Assembly: GCA_036918135.1 (NCBI GenBank)
Contig: JBALDB010000011.1
Location: 128,001 to 192,000 of the forward strand
Source: Nostoc sp.
GTDB lineage: Bacteria > Cyanobacteriota > Cyanobacteriia > Cyanobacteriales > Nostocaceae
DNA length: 64,000 nucleotides
Reading direction: 5' to 3'
Positions within the stretch are counted from its first letter, which is position 1. Each line of letters starts with the position of its first letter. A model generated the notes under the pieces. The model had not been told where the DNA came from, ran no database searches, and was given only the letters and a program-made list of their open reading frames with translations. Shown piece by piece: positions 1-9,295 of this stretch. The position numbers and the translations under genes are program-made.

Positions 1-58
1 TTTATTACTTTGATGTGATGTGACTTTAATACCCAACAATCAATTCAGAACTCAAGCT

Positions 59-328
59 ATGCAAAGCACATTGTTTACAACATTAAGCCCTTCTGAAGAA
101 GCTAATCTGTCTGGTGGTAATAATCCTACTCCTCCTCCTCCTCCTCCTAAGGGTCCTAAGGGTCCTAAGGGTCCTAAGGGTCCTAAGGGTGGTGGTCCTG
201 TTCTGATTAAGATTGGAGATGTTAGTGCCGATGGTGGCGATTCCACTATTACACTGGGAAAGAAGGCTGACACCGGTGATATTACATCTACTGGTGGAGC
301 TGGTGGGACAATCTCTATTCTTAGTTAA
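59..328 (+). CDS. Double-glycine leader peptide precursor with a poly-Pro/(PKG)5 and Gly-rich core
   Basis: ORF 20..328; ATG at 59 gives leader MQSTLFTTLSPSEEANLSGG, which resembles the leader of the 740 ORF. A C39 transporter lies about 1 kb downstream. Confidence 0.8.
   Translation: MQSTLFTTLSPSEEANLSGGNNPTPPPPPPKGPKGPKGPKGPKGGGPVLIKIGDVSADGGDSTITLGKKADTGDITSTGGAGGTISILS
131..190 (+). repeat. Coding microsatellites: CCT run followed by (CCTAAGGGT)x5
   Basis: Read directly from the sequence; the 9-mers span 146-190. Confidence 0.95.
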
Positions 329-369
329 TAGGTCAGCTTATGAGATTTAGTAGAAGAAAAAGAATAAAC

Positions 370-616
370 GTCAAGACGCGTTTTAGCGAGTCTTGACTGC
401 GATCGAACGTCTTCAATTAACTACCATATTAGAAGTAGGCTAAGTTAATTCTGGACGTGTCTTAACAATGCTACTCGACTTAATTGTAGTTAAGTCGTCA
501 GCTGTTTCTTCGATCACAGTTACTGTAACATACGTTTATTCCTACCCTCTACTTTTCTTCAACAAACTTAATAAAGTTCTATTGGCGGTTGTTAGTAGGC
601 AACCGTCGATAGAACT
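370..616 (+). other. Three stem-loops between the precursor genes (370-397, 476-497, 575-616)
   Basis: Inverted repeats gtcaagac/gtcttgac, cgacttaa/ttaagtcg and agttctattggcggttg/caaccgtcgatagaact. Confidence 0.6.
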
Positions 617-739
617 CTAATATCCTGCTCATTTTTGAGTAGTCAATACCCATTTTCATACCTGCTAACTGTCGTTATCTCTAAGTCAAAATAGCTTTGT
701 AAAAAGTTTAAAACTGATAATTAGCAACTTAGGTTAACT

Positions 740-985
740 ATGAAAAGCACGCAAACATCTCCAATGTTTATCTCACTAACTGAAACCGAAGAAGCAAGGC
801 TGTCTGGTGGTAAAAATATTATAAGAAGAGGAAAACCTGGAAAAGTAATTGTCAAAGGAGACCAACTAACTCCAGAATTATTTGAAAGTACAGAAGGATT
901 TGTTGACGTACTATCACTAGACGACCTATCACTAGACGACCTATCACTAGACGACCTATCATTAGACGACCTATTTGAACTATAA
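740..985 (+). CDS. Second double-glycine leader peptide precursor with an acidic (LSLDD)4 tail
   Basis: Leader MKSTQTSPMFISLTETEEARLSGG; AGG element upstream of the ATG. Confidence 0.8.
   Translation: MKSTQTSPMFISLTETEEARLSGGKNIIRRGKPGKVIVKGDQLTPELFESTEGFVDVLSLDDLSLDDLSLDDLSLDDLFEL
911..970 (+). repeat. 15-bp tandem repeat CTATCACTAGACGAC x4
   Basis: Copies at 911, 926, 941 and 956; the last has one mismatch. Confidence 0.95.
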
Positions 986-1129
986 AGTATATAGGAATGA
1001 TGTAGTACTCAAATTTGATTTTGAGAAAACTCAGTATAATTCAAACAGCCTTTTTTATCCTTGCCTCTTGCATACTAAGCCAAGTAAGTTCTCCAAATCA
1101 AAGCAGATTTCTATAGTATAAATAAGCTG

Positions 1130-1244
1130 TTGGCGTTGCTGATTTTAAGTATGATTTCTGTAGAGGCAATTCCTGAATTGCCTTTATAAGCAGGGTAATA
1201 AATTGCATGGAGAGCAAATTTATACTGAATTTCAGCAACGCCAA
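1130..1244. mobile_element. Small element bounded by terminal inverted repeats (MITE-like)
   Basis: ttggcgttgctga...tcagcaacgccaa; a related copy lies near 46227-46304. Confidence 0.5.
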
Positions 1245-1333
1245 ACTGTTGGTCAAAATTTTAACCACGCAGGGATAAAACCCTGCTATTTTTTTGGGTT
1301 TGGTCACGATGTTATTGGGTACTAGAGTGTGAA

Positions 1334-3478
1334 ATGAAATACCAAGTTGTTGCACAACATAGTGAAGAAGATTGTGGAGCTGCTTGTCTTGCTTCCGTTG
1401 CCAAACATTATCGACGTAACTTTACACTAAATCGCATCCGGGAAGCAGTAGGCACCGGGCAATTAGGAACAACATTATTGGGATTGAGGCGGGGAGCCGA
1501 GGCGCTTGGTTTTAATGCACGTTCGGTTAGAGCATCAAATGAAATTTTAGACAAGATGAGTCAAGCGCCACTACCAGCAATCATTCACTGGAAAGGCTAC
1601 CATTGGGTTGTTTTGTATGGTCAAAAAGGCAATAAATATATAGTTGCCGACCCAGCCTTTGACATCCGTTATGTCTCTAAAAAAGAGTTAATAGAAGCTT
1701 GGTCAGATAAAGTGATGCTCTTGCTAGAGCCAGATTCGGTTCGCTTTTATGCTCAACCTGATGATAAAATAGACGGGTTTGGGCGCTTTTTACGACGTGT
1801 ATTGCCTTATGGAAGCATTATATTCGAGGCTTTTCTGTGCGCTTTAATTATCGGTCTGCTTTCGTTAACTTCTCCGATCCTGCTGCAAATTCTAACAGAT
1901 GATGTACTAGTTCGGGGAGACACCCAGCTTCTTGCTGCTGTGATTATTGCCGTTGTGGTGATGAATCTTGTCTCAAGTAGTCTGCAATTAGTTCAATCTA
2001 ACCTGATTGCCAATTTTGCCCAACGGCTTGAGTTAGGGCTAGTTCTGGAATTTGCCAGGACAATCTTGCGCTTACCTCTGAATTACTATGAATCACGTCG
2101 CAGTGGCGAGATTGTCAGCAGATTACAAGATATTCAACAAATTAATCAGCTAGTTTCTCAAGTAGTTGTCAGTCTACCTAGCCAATTGTTTATTGCAGTC
2201 GTTTCTTTAGGTTTCATGCTGTTCTATAGCTGGAAACTCACCTTCACTGCCTTCGTTATTGCTATTGTTATGAGTTTATCTACCATTGTTTTCCTGCCTG
2301 CACTTCAACAGAAAGTTAGAAGTGTATTGGTCTTAGACGCGGAAAATCAGGGTATTCTCGTTGAAAGCTTTAAAGGAGCGCTGACACTTAAAACTACTAA
2401 CGCTGCTCCTCAATTTTGGGAAGAATTCCAGAATCGATTTGGTCGATTATCAAACCAAACATTCCGCACAATTCAGATTGGAATTATTAACAATATCTTT
2501 TCTGGATTAGTTTATGCTATTGGCAGCGTTAGTTTGATTGGTTTCGGCAGCATCCTAGTTATTGGTAAGGAACTCAGTATCGGTCAACTGCTGGCATTTA
2601 ACGGCATGAATGGTAATTTTTTAGCATTCATTGGTACTACGATCGCATTTATAGATGAATTTACTCGTGTCAAAACTGCGACGCAGCGCTTAACAGAAGT
2701 TATCGATTCTACACCGGAAAACCAAGGTGATACGAATAAACCTTTTGCTAAAATTCCTAGTAATGCTGATATTATTTGTACAAATCTCAACTTTCACTAC
2801 CCCGGTAGGTTAGAGTTACTGGAAAATTTCTCTCTAACTATTCCTGGTGGTAAAGTTATTGCCTTGATTGGTACATCCGGCTGTGGTAAAAGTTCTCTCG
2901 CTAAACTGATAGCCGGATTATATTCACCTAATTCTGGTAACATTCGTATTGGTATTTATAATCTACAAGACCTAGCTCTTGATTGTTTGCGGCAACAAGT
3001 CGCTCTCGTTCCTCAAGATGCTCATTTTTGGAGTCGCTCAATTATTCAAAACTTCCGCTTAGGTTCTCCCCACGTTACCTTTGAGCAAATTGTCAATGCT
3101 TGCCAAATTGCTGAGGCAGACGATTTTATTAGTAAACTACCTGAAAAATATCAAACTGTATTAGGTGAATTTGGCTCAAATATTTCTGGTGGACAACGCC
3201 AAAGATTGGCTATAGCAAGAGCTATCGTTAACGATCCACCAGTTCTGATTTTAGATGAATCAACTGCTGGACTCGATCCAGTTAGTGAAGCTCAAGTTTT
3301 AAATCAGCTGTTGTTTCATCGCCAAGGCAAAACCACAATCCTGATTAGCCACCGTCCTAGAGTAATTGCTCGTGCTGATTGGATTATGCTACTCAATCAA
3401 GGCAAGTTACAAATTCAGGGAACTGTTGAAGATTTGCTTGCTCAACCAGGAAACCATTTAGACTTTTTAACCCCTTAA
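1334..3478 (+). CDS. Peptidase C39 domain ABC transporter (PCAT, SunT/LagD-like)
   Basis: QHSEEDCGAAC (catalytic Cys), HWKGYHWVV, transmembrane domain, Walker A GTSGCGKS, signature ISGGQRQR, Walker B ILDE. Confidence 0.95.
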   Translation: MKYQVVAQHSEEDCGAACLASVAKHYRRNFTLNRIREAVGTGQLGTTLLGLRRGAEALGFNARSVRASNEILDKMSQAPLPAIIHWKGYHWVVLYGQKGNKYIVADPAFDIRYVSKKELIEAWSDKVMLLLEPDSVRFYAQPDDKIDGFGRFLRRVLPYGSIIFEAFLCALIIGLLSLTSPILLQILTDDVLVRGDTQLLAAVIIAVVVMNLVSSSLQLVQSNLIANFAQRLELGLVLEFARTILRLPLNYYESRRSGEIVSRLQDIQQINQLVSQVVVSLPSQLFIAVVSLGFMLFYSWKLTFTAFVIAIVMSLSTIVFLPALQQKVRSVLVLDAENQGILVESFKGALTLKTTNAAPQFWEEFQNRFGRLSNQTFRTIQIGIINNIFSGLVYAIGSVSLIGFGSILVIGKELSIGQLLAFNGMNGNFLAFIGTTIAFIDEFTRVKTATQRLTEVIDSTPENQGDTNKPFAKIPSNADIICTNLNFHYPGRLELLENFSLTIPGGKVIALIGTSGCGKSSLAKLIAGLYSPNSGNIRIGIYNLQDLALDCLRQQVALVPQDAHFWSRSIIQNFRLGSPHVTFEQIVNACQIAEADDFISKLPEKYQTVLGEFGSNISGGQRQRLAIARAIVNDPPVLILDESTAGLDPVSEAQVLNQLLFHRQGKTTILISHRPRVIARADWIMLLNQGKLQIQGTVEDLLAQPGNHLDFLTP

Positions 3479-3626
3479 TTACTCATACTTTTAAATAAGT
3501 GGGTAAGAATAAATCAAACTATGTTAAAGGTGAAATTAATTAAGTGGCTTTTAGTAAGGGTTTCAATCATTTAAATAGTAACTAAGTAAGTCGGCATAAT
3601 AAAACCAAACTATAGCAGGAGGCAGG

Positions 3627-3702
3627 ATAGCGCAGCGTTAGCGAGTCCGCGTACTCTTACAGAGAAGCAAGCTACGCGCAGCGTCTCGTAGAGAGCGTCG
3701 GC
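3627..3702. repeat. Nested small dispersed repeat
   Basis: Shares atagcgcagcgttag...gtactcttacagagaagcaagcta...gagcgtcggca with 6994-7055. Confidence 0.75.
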
Positions 3703-3844
3703 AGGAGACAGCTATGCTGGAGGTAAAAACCTTACTATTCCTGAGATTCACGCTTATCATTATGTCCTAATCTACCTGGCAACTGCTATATGTGAGAAAA
3801 ATTAACTAGGCTAAAATCCTCTTCGTTCTAGCAAGAACTGCCTT

Positions 3845-3967
3845 AGGGACTTCCAATTAAAAAAATAATCAATCGTTGTGTAGGCAGGGGGGCAGGAGGC
3901 AGGGAGCAGGGGGAGAAAGAAAACTATTATCTAAATAAATTGGTTAATTTATTCTCTGGAAGTCCCT
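3845..3967. mobile_element. TIR-bounded element containing ggcagg-type repeats
   Basis: agggacttcca...tggaagtccct; the same left end occurs near 55641. Confidence 0.5.
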
Positions 3968-4763
3968 TATCTTAATGATAAATATTCACGCCGACCTATT
4001 TATCACTAGGCAAGTCTCAAGCATTTGTTTGATAAACTCAACGCTCAAACAAAACAAATTACTATTTTTTTATAAGTTTTAGCAGATAAATATGCTGTTG
4101 TAATTTGCATTAAAGATAATAATTTAACTCTCTTTTATTATTTTAAAAAATAGAAATCAAAAACCTTGATGTAAATTAATTATGTAAATATACTGATATA
4201 TTTTTATGAAATAGCTGATATACCTAAGTATTACAACAATAGCCAAAAGCCTATATGTCTTTTTTGTTTCTTCTCTATGGCTTAAGTATTATAATTTTCC
4301 CAAACCAGGCTTAATTGTCAGCAAATTAAGATATTTCTGTGCAGTTATTTATAAAAACTTATTTAAAAAAATTTTTCTATATATATGCTTGGTGTTAAGA
4401 AGTATTAAGAAATACTTATTAAAAAATGTTGCAATAGCTTGATTTAATTGCTAACGTGTGTATGACAGCGATGCTGATGAACGCTCGGATCTAGGAGAAA
4501 TAAAATCTATGAGCATACCCATTCAGCCAAGTGTGTTAGGCTTTGACGGGTTAAAAACGAGAAATTTCTGCCTCATATAGACAACTATGAGGGATTGCAG
4601 ATTAACCAAGAAATATCTCGTTACTAAAGGCTTAGTTTCAGTTTGATTTGAATTGTGATTGATTATTTGTCTTACTTTGTGCCGACAAGTAAGTAGCTCT
4701 TGCTTGTGTGTATCGGCAATAACGAAGAGTTCGGTAAGACTTAAATTTTAGAGGATAAAACCA

Positions 4764-5585
4764 ATGGAGATTCAAGGTAAAGTTGCCCTAATTACAGGGG
4801 CTTCGCGGGGAATTGGACGAGCGATCGCCCTGGAATTAGCGCAACAAGGCATCAAGCGGATGATATTGATAGCACGGGATCGCCGCAAGTTAGTGGAAGT
4901 AGCTAACGAAATCGAGGCTATGGGTACAGAAGCTGCGATCGTGGCCTTAGATTTGACGCAGACAATAGAAGTACATATCGCTGTTGCCCAACTATGGCGC
5001 AATTACGGACAGATTCACCTGTTAGTTAATTGTGCGGGAGTCGCATACCAAAGCTCATTTTTACAATCTAAAATGCTTCAAGTTCAAGAAGAACTCTCTG
5101 TAAACTTGTTAGGAATGTACAACCTTACTAGTTTGATTGCTCGACGTATGGCCAGCCAAAGACAAGGGACAATTGTCAATGTATCGAGCCTGATGGGGAA
5201 AGTGGCTGCACCAACGATGGCGACATACTCAGCAACCAAGTTTGCCATCTTAGGATTTACCCAAGCCTTGCGCCAAGAACTAGCCGAACACAATATCCGC
5301 GTCATTGCATTACTGCCATCCCTGACAGACACAGACATGGTGCGCGACTTAAAATTATTTCGCTGGGTGATCCCCATGACTCCCCAGCAAGTGGCTAAAG
5401 CACTCGTTACCGGAATGCAGACTGATTCATCAGAAATCTTAGTCGGATGGCAAAGTCATTTAGCCGTGTTGTGTCAACGCCTTGCCCCTTGGTTGTTAGA
5501 GCTAATTTTACGAATAACAACACCGCCAGCACCAAAAAGACAACGGCTGATTGAAAAACTTATCCCTTCCCGTAGCGTCTCGTAG
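4764..5585 (+). CDS. SDR family NAD(P)-dependent oxidoreductase
   Basis: TGASRGIG, NCAG and YSATK motifs; GAGGA Shine-Dalgarno. Confidence 0.92.
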   Translation: MEIQGKVALITGASRGIGRAIALELAQQGIKRMILIARDRRKLVEVANEIEAMGTEAAIVALDLTQTIEVHIAVAQLWRNYGQIHLLVNCAGVAYQSSFLQSKMLQVQEELSVNLLGMYNLTSLIARRMASQRQGTIVNVSSLMGKVAAPTMATYSATKFAILGFTQALRQELAEHNIRVIALLPSLTDTDMVRDLKLFRWVIPMTPQQVAKALVTGMQTDSSEILVGWQSHLAVLCQRLAPWLLELILRITTPPAPKRQRLIEKLIPSRSVS

Positions 5586-5616
5586 AGAAGGGGAGACACC
5601 GAAGGCGATCGCTAAC

Positions 5617-6855
5617 TTAACACTCCTGAACAAACTTCTCCGAAATCTTCAGTTGTTTGGCTTTACCCTTGTGCAAAAAAGTAAGGCTCACAGTGCCAAG
5701 AAATGCTAATAAGCTGAAAGTAGAAGTAGATTCAGGAACAGACTTGGGATTCTCAATTTTAATAACTTGTCCTTCTCCTGGGCGATCGCCTCGGTTTGTC
5801 ACGTAAATAGCATCATCAGCACCAATAGTCAAAGCAGTAGGGGACTCTAATCCATTGCCACTAAGAATAGTTGTGCGAGTCCCATCCCTGGCTATTTTAA
5901 TTACAGAACCATCTAGATTACCTTTCCAGAGTGACTGATTAGCGTATTGCAAAGCATATAAATTACCCTGACTATCAAAATCTAAGTCAGTAAGTTGAGT
6001 AAAGCCATCAGCATAGACTGTTGGTTGACCATCAGCACCAATTCGGTAGATTTTGGCCTCACCTTCTGGAAAAGGAAAACCAGCTAATTCGCTAATATAA
6101 TAAGCACCATCTGGGCCTTTAACAACATTTGTGGGTACTGCTTGAATTTCAAATGGCGATGACGATGGCCCAGTGGGAAAAATTGGATTAGTTAATGTTT
6201 GTCGGGGAATTGTGGCGATCGCTTTCAAATTACTTCCATCAGTCCCTACACTGAGTAACTCATTTGCACCAGTATCAACTGCAACAATCTTATTTCCATC
6301 TAAAAGAAGAGAGAAGGGATTGCTAATTAGATCGCCTCCATCAGGATTATTTGCAAGTTCATAATTAGCTAAATCAGCCACACTAGTCCAGGAATTTGTA
6401 TTAAAATTAGCAGTAATGATTTTTCCTAAATCAGTGTTACCTAATGTGGCGCGAAATGTGGGATCAGAAGCATACCCAACTGCAATATAAGGCTTGCCAC
6501 TGGCATCAAATTTTATATCATGAGGCCCAGCAGTATCAGTACCATCTGGTAATGCTAAAGAAGGAAGTCCCGTAAGTACACGTTCTTGCGTACCATTTGC
6601 AATTTTTGTCACAGCACCAGTTGTGCCATAACATAAAGATTGACCTGCGGCACTTGGTGAAGGAACACAAGCTCCATTTCCGCCTGTTCCTGCCTCTGTG
6701 ACGTAGAGGCTGCGGTCAGGGCCAAAACTTAAACCCCGTGGACTATCAAGATCGTCGGCAATTACTGAAAATGATGCCGCCTCTGCTGCTTTTATTCCCG
6801 AAAAAGTAGCAATACAAACACTCAAAAATGTAATTCCAAATTGTTTTAGTTTCAT
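5617..6855 (-). CDS. ScyD/ScyE-family beta-propeller protein with a PEP-CTERM-like tail
   Basis: Signal peptide; propeller motifs (PRGLSFGPD, YVTEAG, GPDGAYYISEL); C-terminal VPES + transmembrane + basic residues. Confidence 0.8.
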   Translation of the reverse strand: MKLKQFGITFLSVCIATFSGIKAAEAASFSVIADDLDSPRGLSFGPDRSLYVTEAGTGGNGACVPSPSAAGQSLCYGTTGAVTKIANGTQERVLTGLPSLALPDGTDTAGPHDIKFDASGKPYIAVGYASDPTFRATLGNTDLGKIITANFNTNSWTSVADLANYELANNPDGGDLISNPFSLLLDGNKIVAVDTGANELLSVGTDGSNLKAIATIPRQTLTNPIFPTGPSSSPFEIQAVPTNVVKGPDGAYYISELAGFPFPEGEAKIYRIGADGQPTVYADGFTQLTDLDFDSQGNLYALQYANQSLWKGNLDGSVIKIARDGTRTTILSGNGLESPTALTIGADDAIYVTNRGDRPGEGQVIKIENPKSVPESTSTFSLLAFLGTVSLTFLHKGKAKQLKISEKFVQEC

Positions 6856-6993
6856 TAGACCCGTCCTAAAATAAAATTTACATTAATAAAGATAGAGTAG
6901 TTTGAGATTTTTTAATTGGTTAATATTTATACCAATTTTCTCAAATCTGGCAACAGATTCAAACCTAAAAATTTGTCGTTAGGATAAGGCAAA

Positions 6994-7055
6994 ATAGCGC
7001 AGCGTTAGAAGTTTGCGTACTCTTACAGAGAAGCAAGCTAGCAAGAGCGTCGGCA
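6994..7055. repeat. Nested small dispersed repeat
   Basis: Homologous to 3627-3702. Confidence 0.75.
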
Positions 7056-7419
7056 CAGGAGAGAGGGTTATAGCCTCGTTTATCTTTCTTTATATAATTT
7101 AGTTTTATGATGCCAACTTACATTAAATGAAATCTGAATTTGTTAATTTCGAGTTGTATCATACCATTTTCAAAAATTTTTGCAACATAATGAATTATCT
7201 GTAGTGGTGTACAGATGTACGCCTATAGCAACAAAATTAAATAGGATTGCTGTATATATTCCAACATGTTTTATATAAGTAGGATATCTAAACTGTTGAA
7301 TTACACAGATATTGCAGGACTACAAGGCGATCGCAGTTTGCATCAATAGATAAAGTTGTAGATCAGAAATTGCTGCGGGATCGCATAATTAGACATACCC
7401 TGTTTCGGAGCAATCAGAA

Positions 7420-8919
7420 ATGCTTTCCTTCCCCACAACCCTGACTCCTTTGCCCGAAATCATTGATGGCTTGCCGAATATTTCTGGTTGGGAAACAGAG
7501 GTTCTCTCTGTAGTTAACCACGAACAACCAGTATTTTTACCAACAACAAATATTAAGTTAGATGACGTAAATGCTGTATTTGCGATCGCTTTACACATGC
7601 ACCAGCCCACAATCCCTGCTGGCTATGGTGGTACATTCATCAGCAATCTGCAATACATGTTTGAACATTCCAATGAAGGCGATAACCATAATGCAGGGCC
7701 TTTTGCTTATTGTTACAGCCGCATGGGAGAATTTATTCCTGAACTTGTAAATCAAGGTTGTAATCCCCGTGTAATGTTGGATTACTCAGGTAATCTTCTG
7801 TGGGGACTCAGGCAAATGGGACGCAGTGATATTCTTGATAATTTGAAACGCATCACTTGCGATTCTACCTATCAACCTTATGTAGAATGGCTGGGTACAA
7901 TGTGGAGCCATGCTGTTGTTCCTTCCACTCCCATCGCAGACATTAAATTACATATAATTGCATGGCAACATCACTTTGCAGCAATTTTTGGTTGGGAAGC
8001 ATTAGCGCGAGTCAAGGGATTTTCACCTCCAGAAATGCACCTACCAAATCACCCTGATATCCTCTTTGAATTTGTGAAAGCGCTCAAAGAATGTGGATAT
8101 CGCTGGCTACTCGTTCAAGAACATTCTGTAGAAACAATTAGCGGTGAATCTCTCAGCTACAAACATTTACCACATCGTCTGATTGCTCGTAATTCCCAAG
8201 GCGAAACAATTAGTATTACGGCTTTAATTAAAACTCAAGGTTCGGATACTAAATTAGTCGCTCAAATGCAGCCTTATTATGAAGCAAAAACCTTATCAAA
8301 ACAACAACTAGGAAGCATATTTGTGCCACCGATAGTTAGTCAAATTGGAGATGGTGAAAATGGTGGCGTGATGATGAATGAATTTCCTAGCGCTTTCAAA
8401 CAAGCTTGGTGGGATATGGTAAATCATGGGGGAGGAAAATCAGGTGTTGTGGGGATGTGTGGTACAGAGTATTTAGAATTAATCCAAGCTGCTGGATGCA
8501 AACCCGAAGACTATCCAACTTGCCAACCGATTGGACAGCATCAGATTTGGGAGCGAGTTCCACCAGAAAATTGCCAACCTGAGGCTGTAGAGAACGCCAT
8601 TCAAGAATTAAAACAAATCAACCATAATTTTCACATGGATGGAGGCTCATGGACAAATCATATTAGTTGGGTGAAAGGGTATGAAAATGTCTTGTCTCCC
8701 ATGTATGAATTAAGTAGTTTATTCCACCAAAAATTTGATAGGTTACAACAAAATGAGTTAGCAGAACCTGTTACTAAACAAGCTGAATATCGTAACGTTC
8801 TTCTACATAACCTTTTGCTAGAAACTAGTTGTTTTCGTTATTGGGGACAAGGTGCTTGGACTAATTATGCAGAAGAAATTTATCAACGAGGTAAAAGCTT
8901 GTTGTCAAAGACATTTTAG
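7420..8919 (+). CDS. Glycoside hydrolase family 57 protein
   Basis: LHMHQP, FSPPEM and GDGENGG motifs; GGAG Shine-Dalgarno. Confidence 0.85.
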   Translation: MLSFPTTLTPLPEIIDGLPNISGWETEVLSVVNHEQPVFLPTTNIKLDDVNAVFAIALHMHQPTIPAGYGGTFISNLQYMFEHSNEGDNHNAGPFAYCYSRMGEFIPELVNQGCNPRVMLDYSGNLLWGLRQMGRSDILDNLKRITCDSTYQPYVEWLGTMWSHAVVPSTPIADIKLHIIAWQHHFAAIFGWEALARVKGFSPPEMHLPNHPDILFEFVKALKECGYRWLLVQEHSVETISGESLSYKHLPHRLIARNSQGETISITALIKTQGSDTKLVAQMQPYYEAKTLSKQQLGSIFVPPIVSQIGDGENGGVMMNEFPSAFKQAWWDMVNHGGGKSGVVGMCGTEYLELIQAAGCKPEDYPTCQPIGQHQIWERVPPENCQPEAVENAIQELKQINHNFHMDGGSWTNHISWVKGYENVLSPMYELSSLFHQKFDRLQQNELAEPVTKQAEYRNVLLHNLLLETSCFRYWGQGAWTNYAEEIYQRGKSLLSKTF

Positions 8920-9062
8920 ATAATTTCATGAGTGCTGAGTGCAGAGTGACTAAGAGGTGAAACGGGGGGATAGAAATAAAGTTTAGTTCTTTACTCAGCA
9001 CTCGTTACTAAGTACTAAATACTGATACTCGGCGGTAATATTTCAATGCAAATACTTGATAG

Positions 9063-9290
9063 ATGAGTGTACAAGATAAAACTAAACGTATTCAAATAAA
9101 TTTAGATTTATCGCCAGAACTTTATCAGATAATAAGTGATTTGGCACAACAGATGAATGAAGATAATGCTGAAGTGTTGCTAAAAGCAATCGTACTTTTA
9201 GAAGTAGTAGTAGAAGCCAAGCAAAAAGGCAAACATATCTGGATTGCAGACGAAAATCAAAACCTGGAAACTGAAATTACTGGTATCTAA
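9063..9290 (+). CDS. Small putative DNA-binding (ribbon-helix-helix-like) protein
   Basis: RIQINLDLSPELYQIISDLAQQ strand-helix pattern. Confidence 0.55.
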   Translation: MSVQDKTKRIQINLDLSPELYQIISDLAQQMNEDNAEVLLKAIVLLEVVVEAKQKGKHIWIADENQNLETEITGI

Positions 9291-9295
9291 ATAGC

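Noticed and set aside
52..273. Antisense ORF with GPL repeats
   Set aside because: It is a shadow of the + strand repeat; the + frame carries the conserved leader.
911..970. 15-bp repeats as a mini-CRISPR or iterons
   Set aside because: They are head-to-tail with no spacers and lie inside a coding frame.
1098..1355. 85-aa minus-strand ORF
   Set aside because: It runs through a TIR element and overlaps the transporter start, with no protein-like motif.
4764..5585. SDR gene as hetN
   Set aside because: It lacks the RGSGR pentapeptide; the equivalent position reads SQRQGT.
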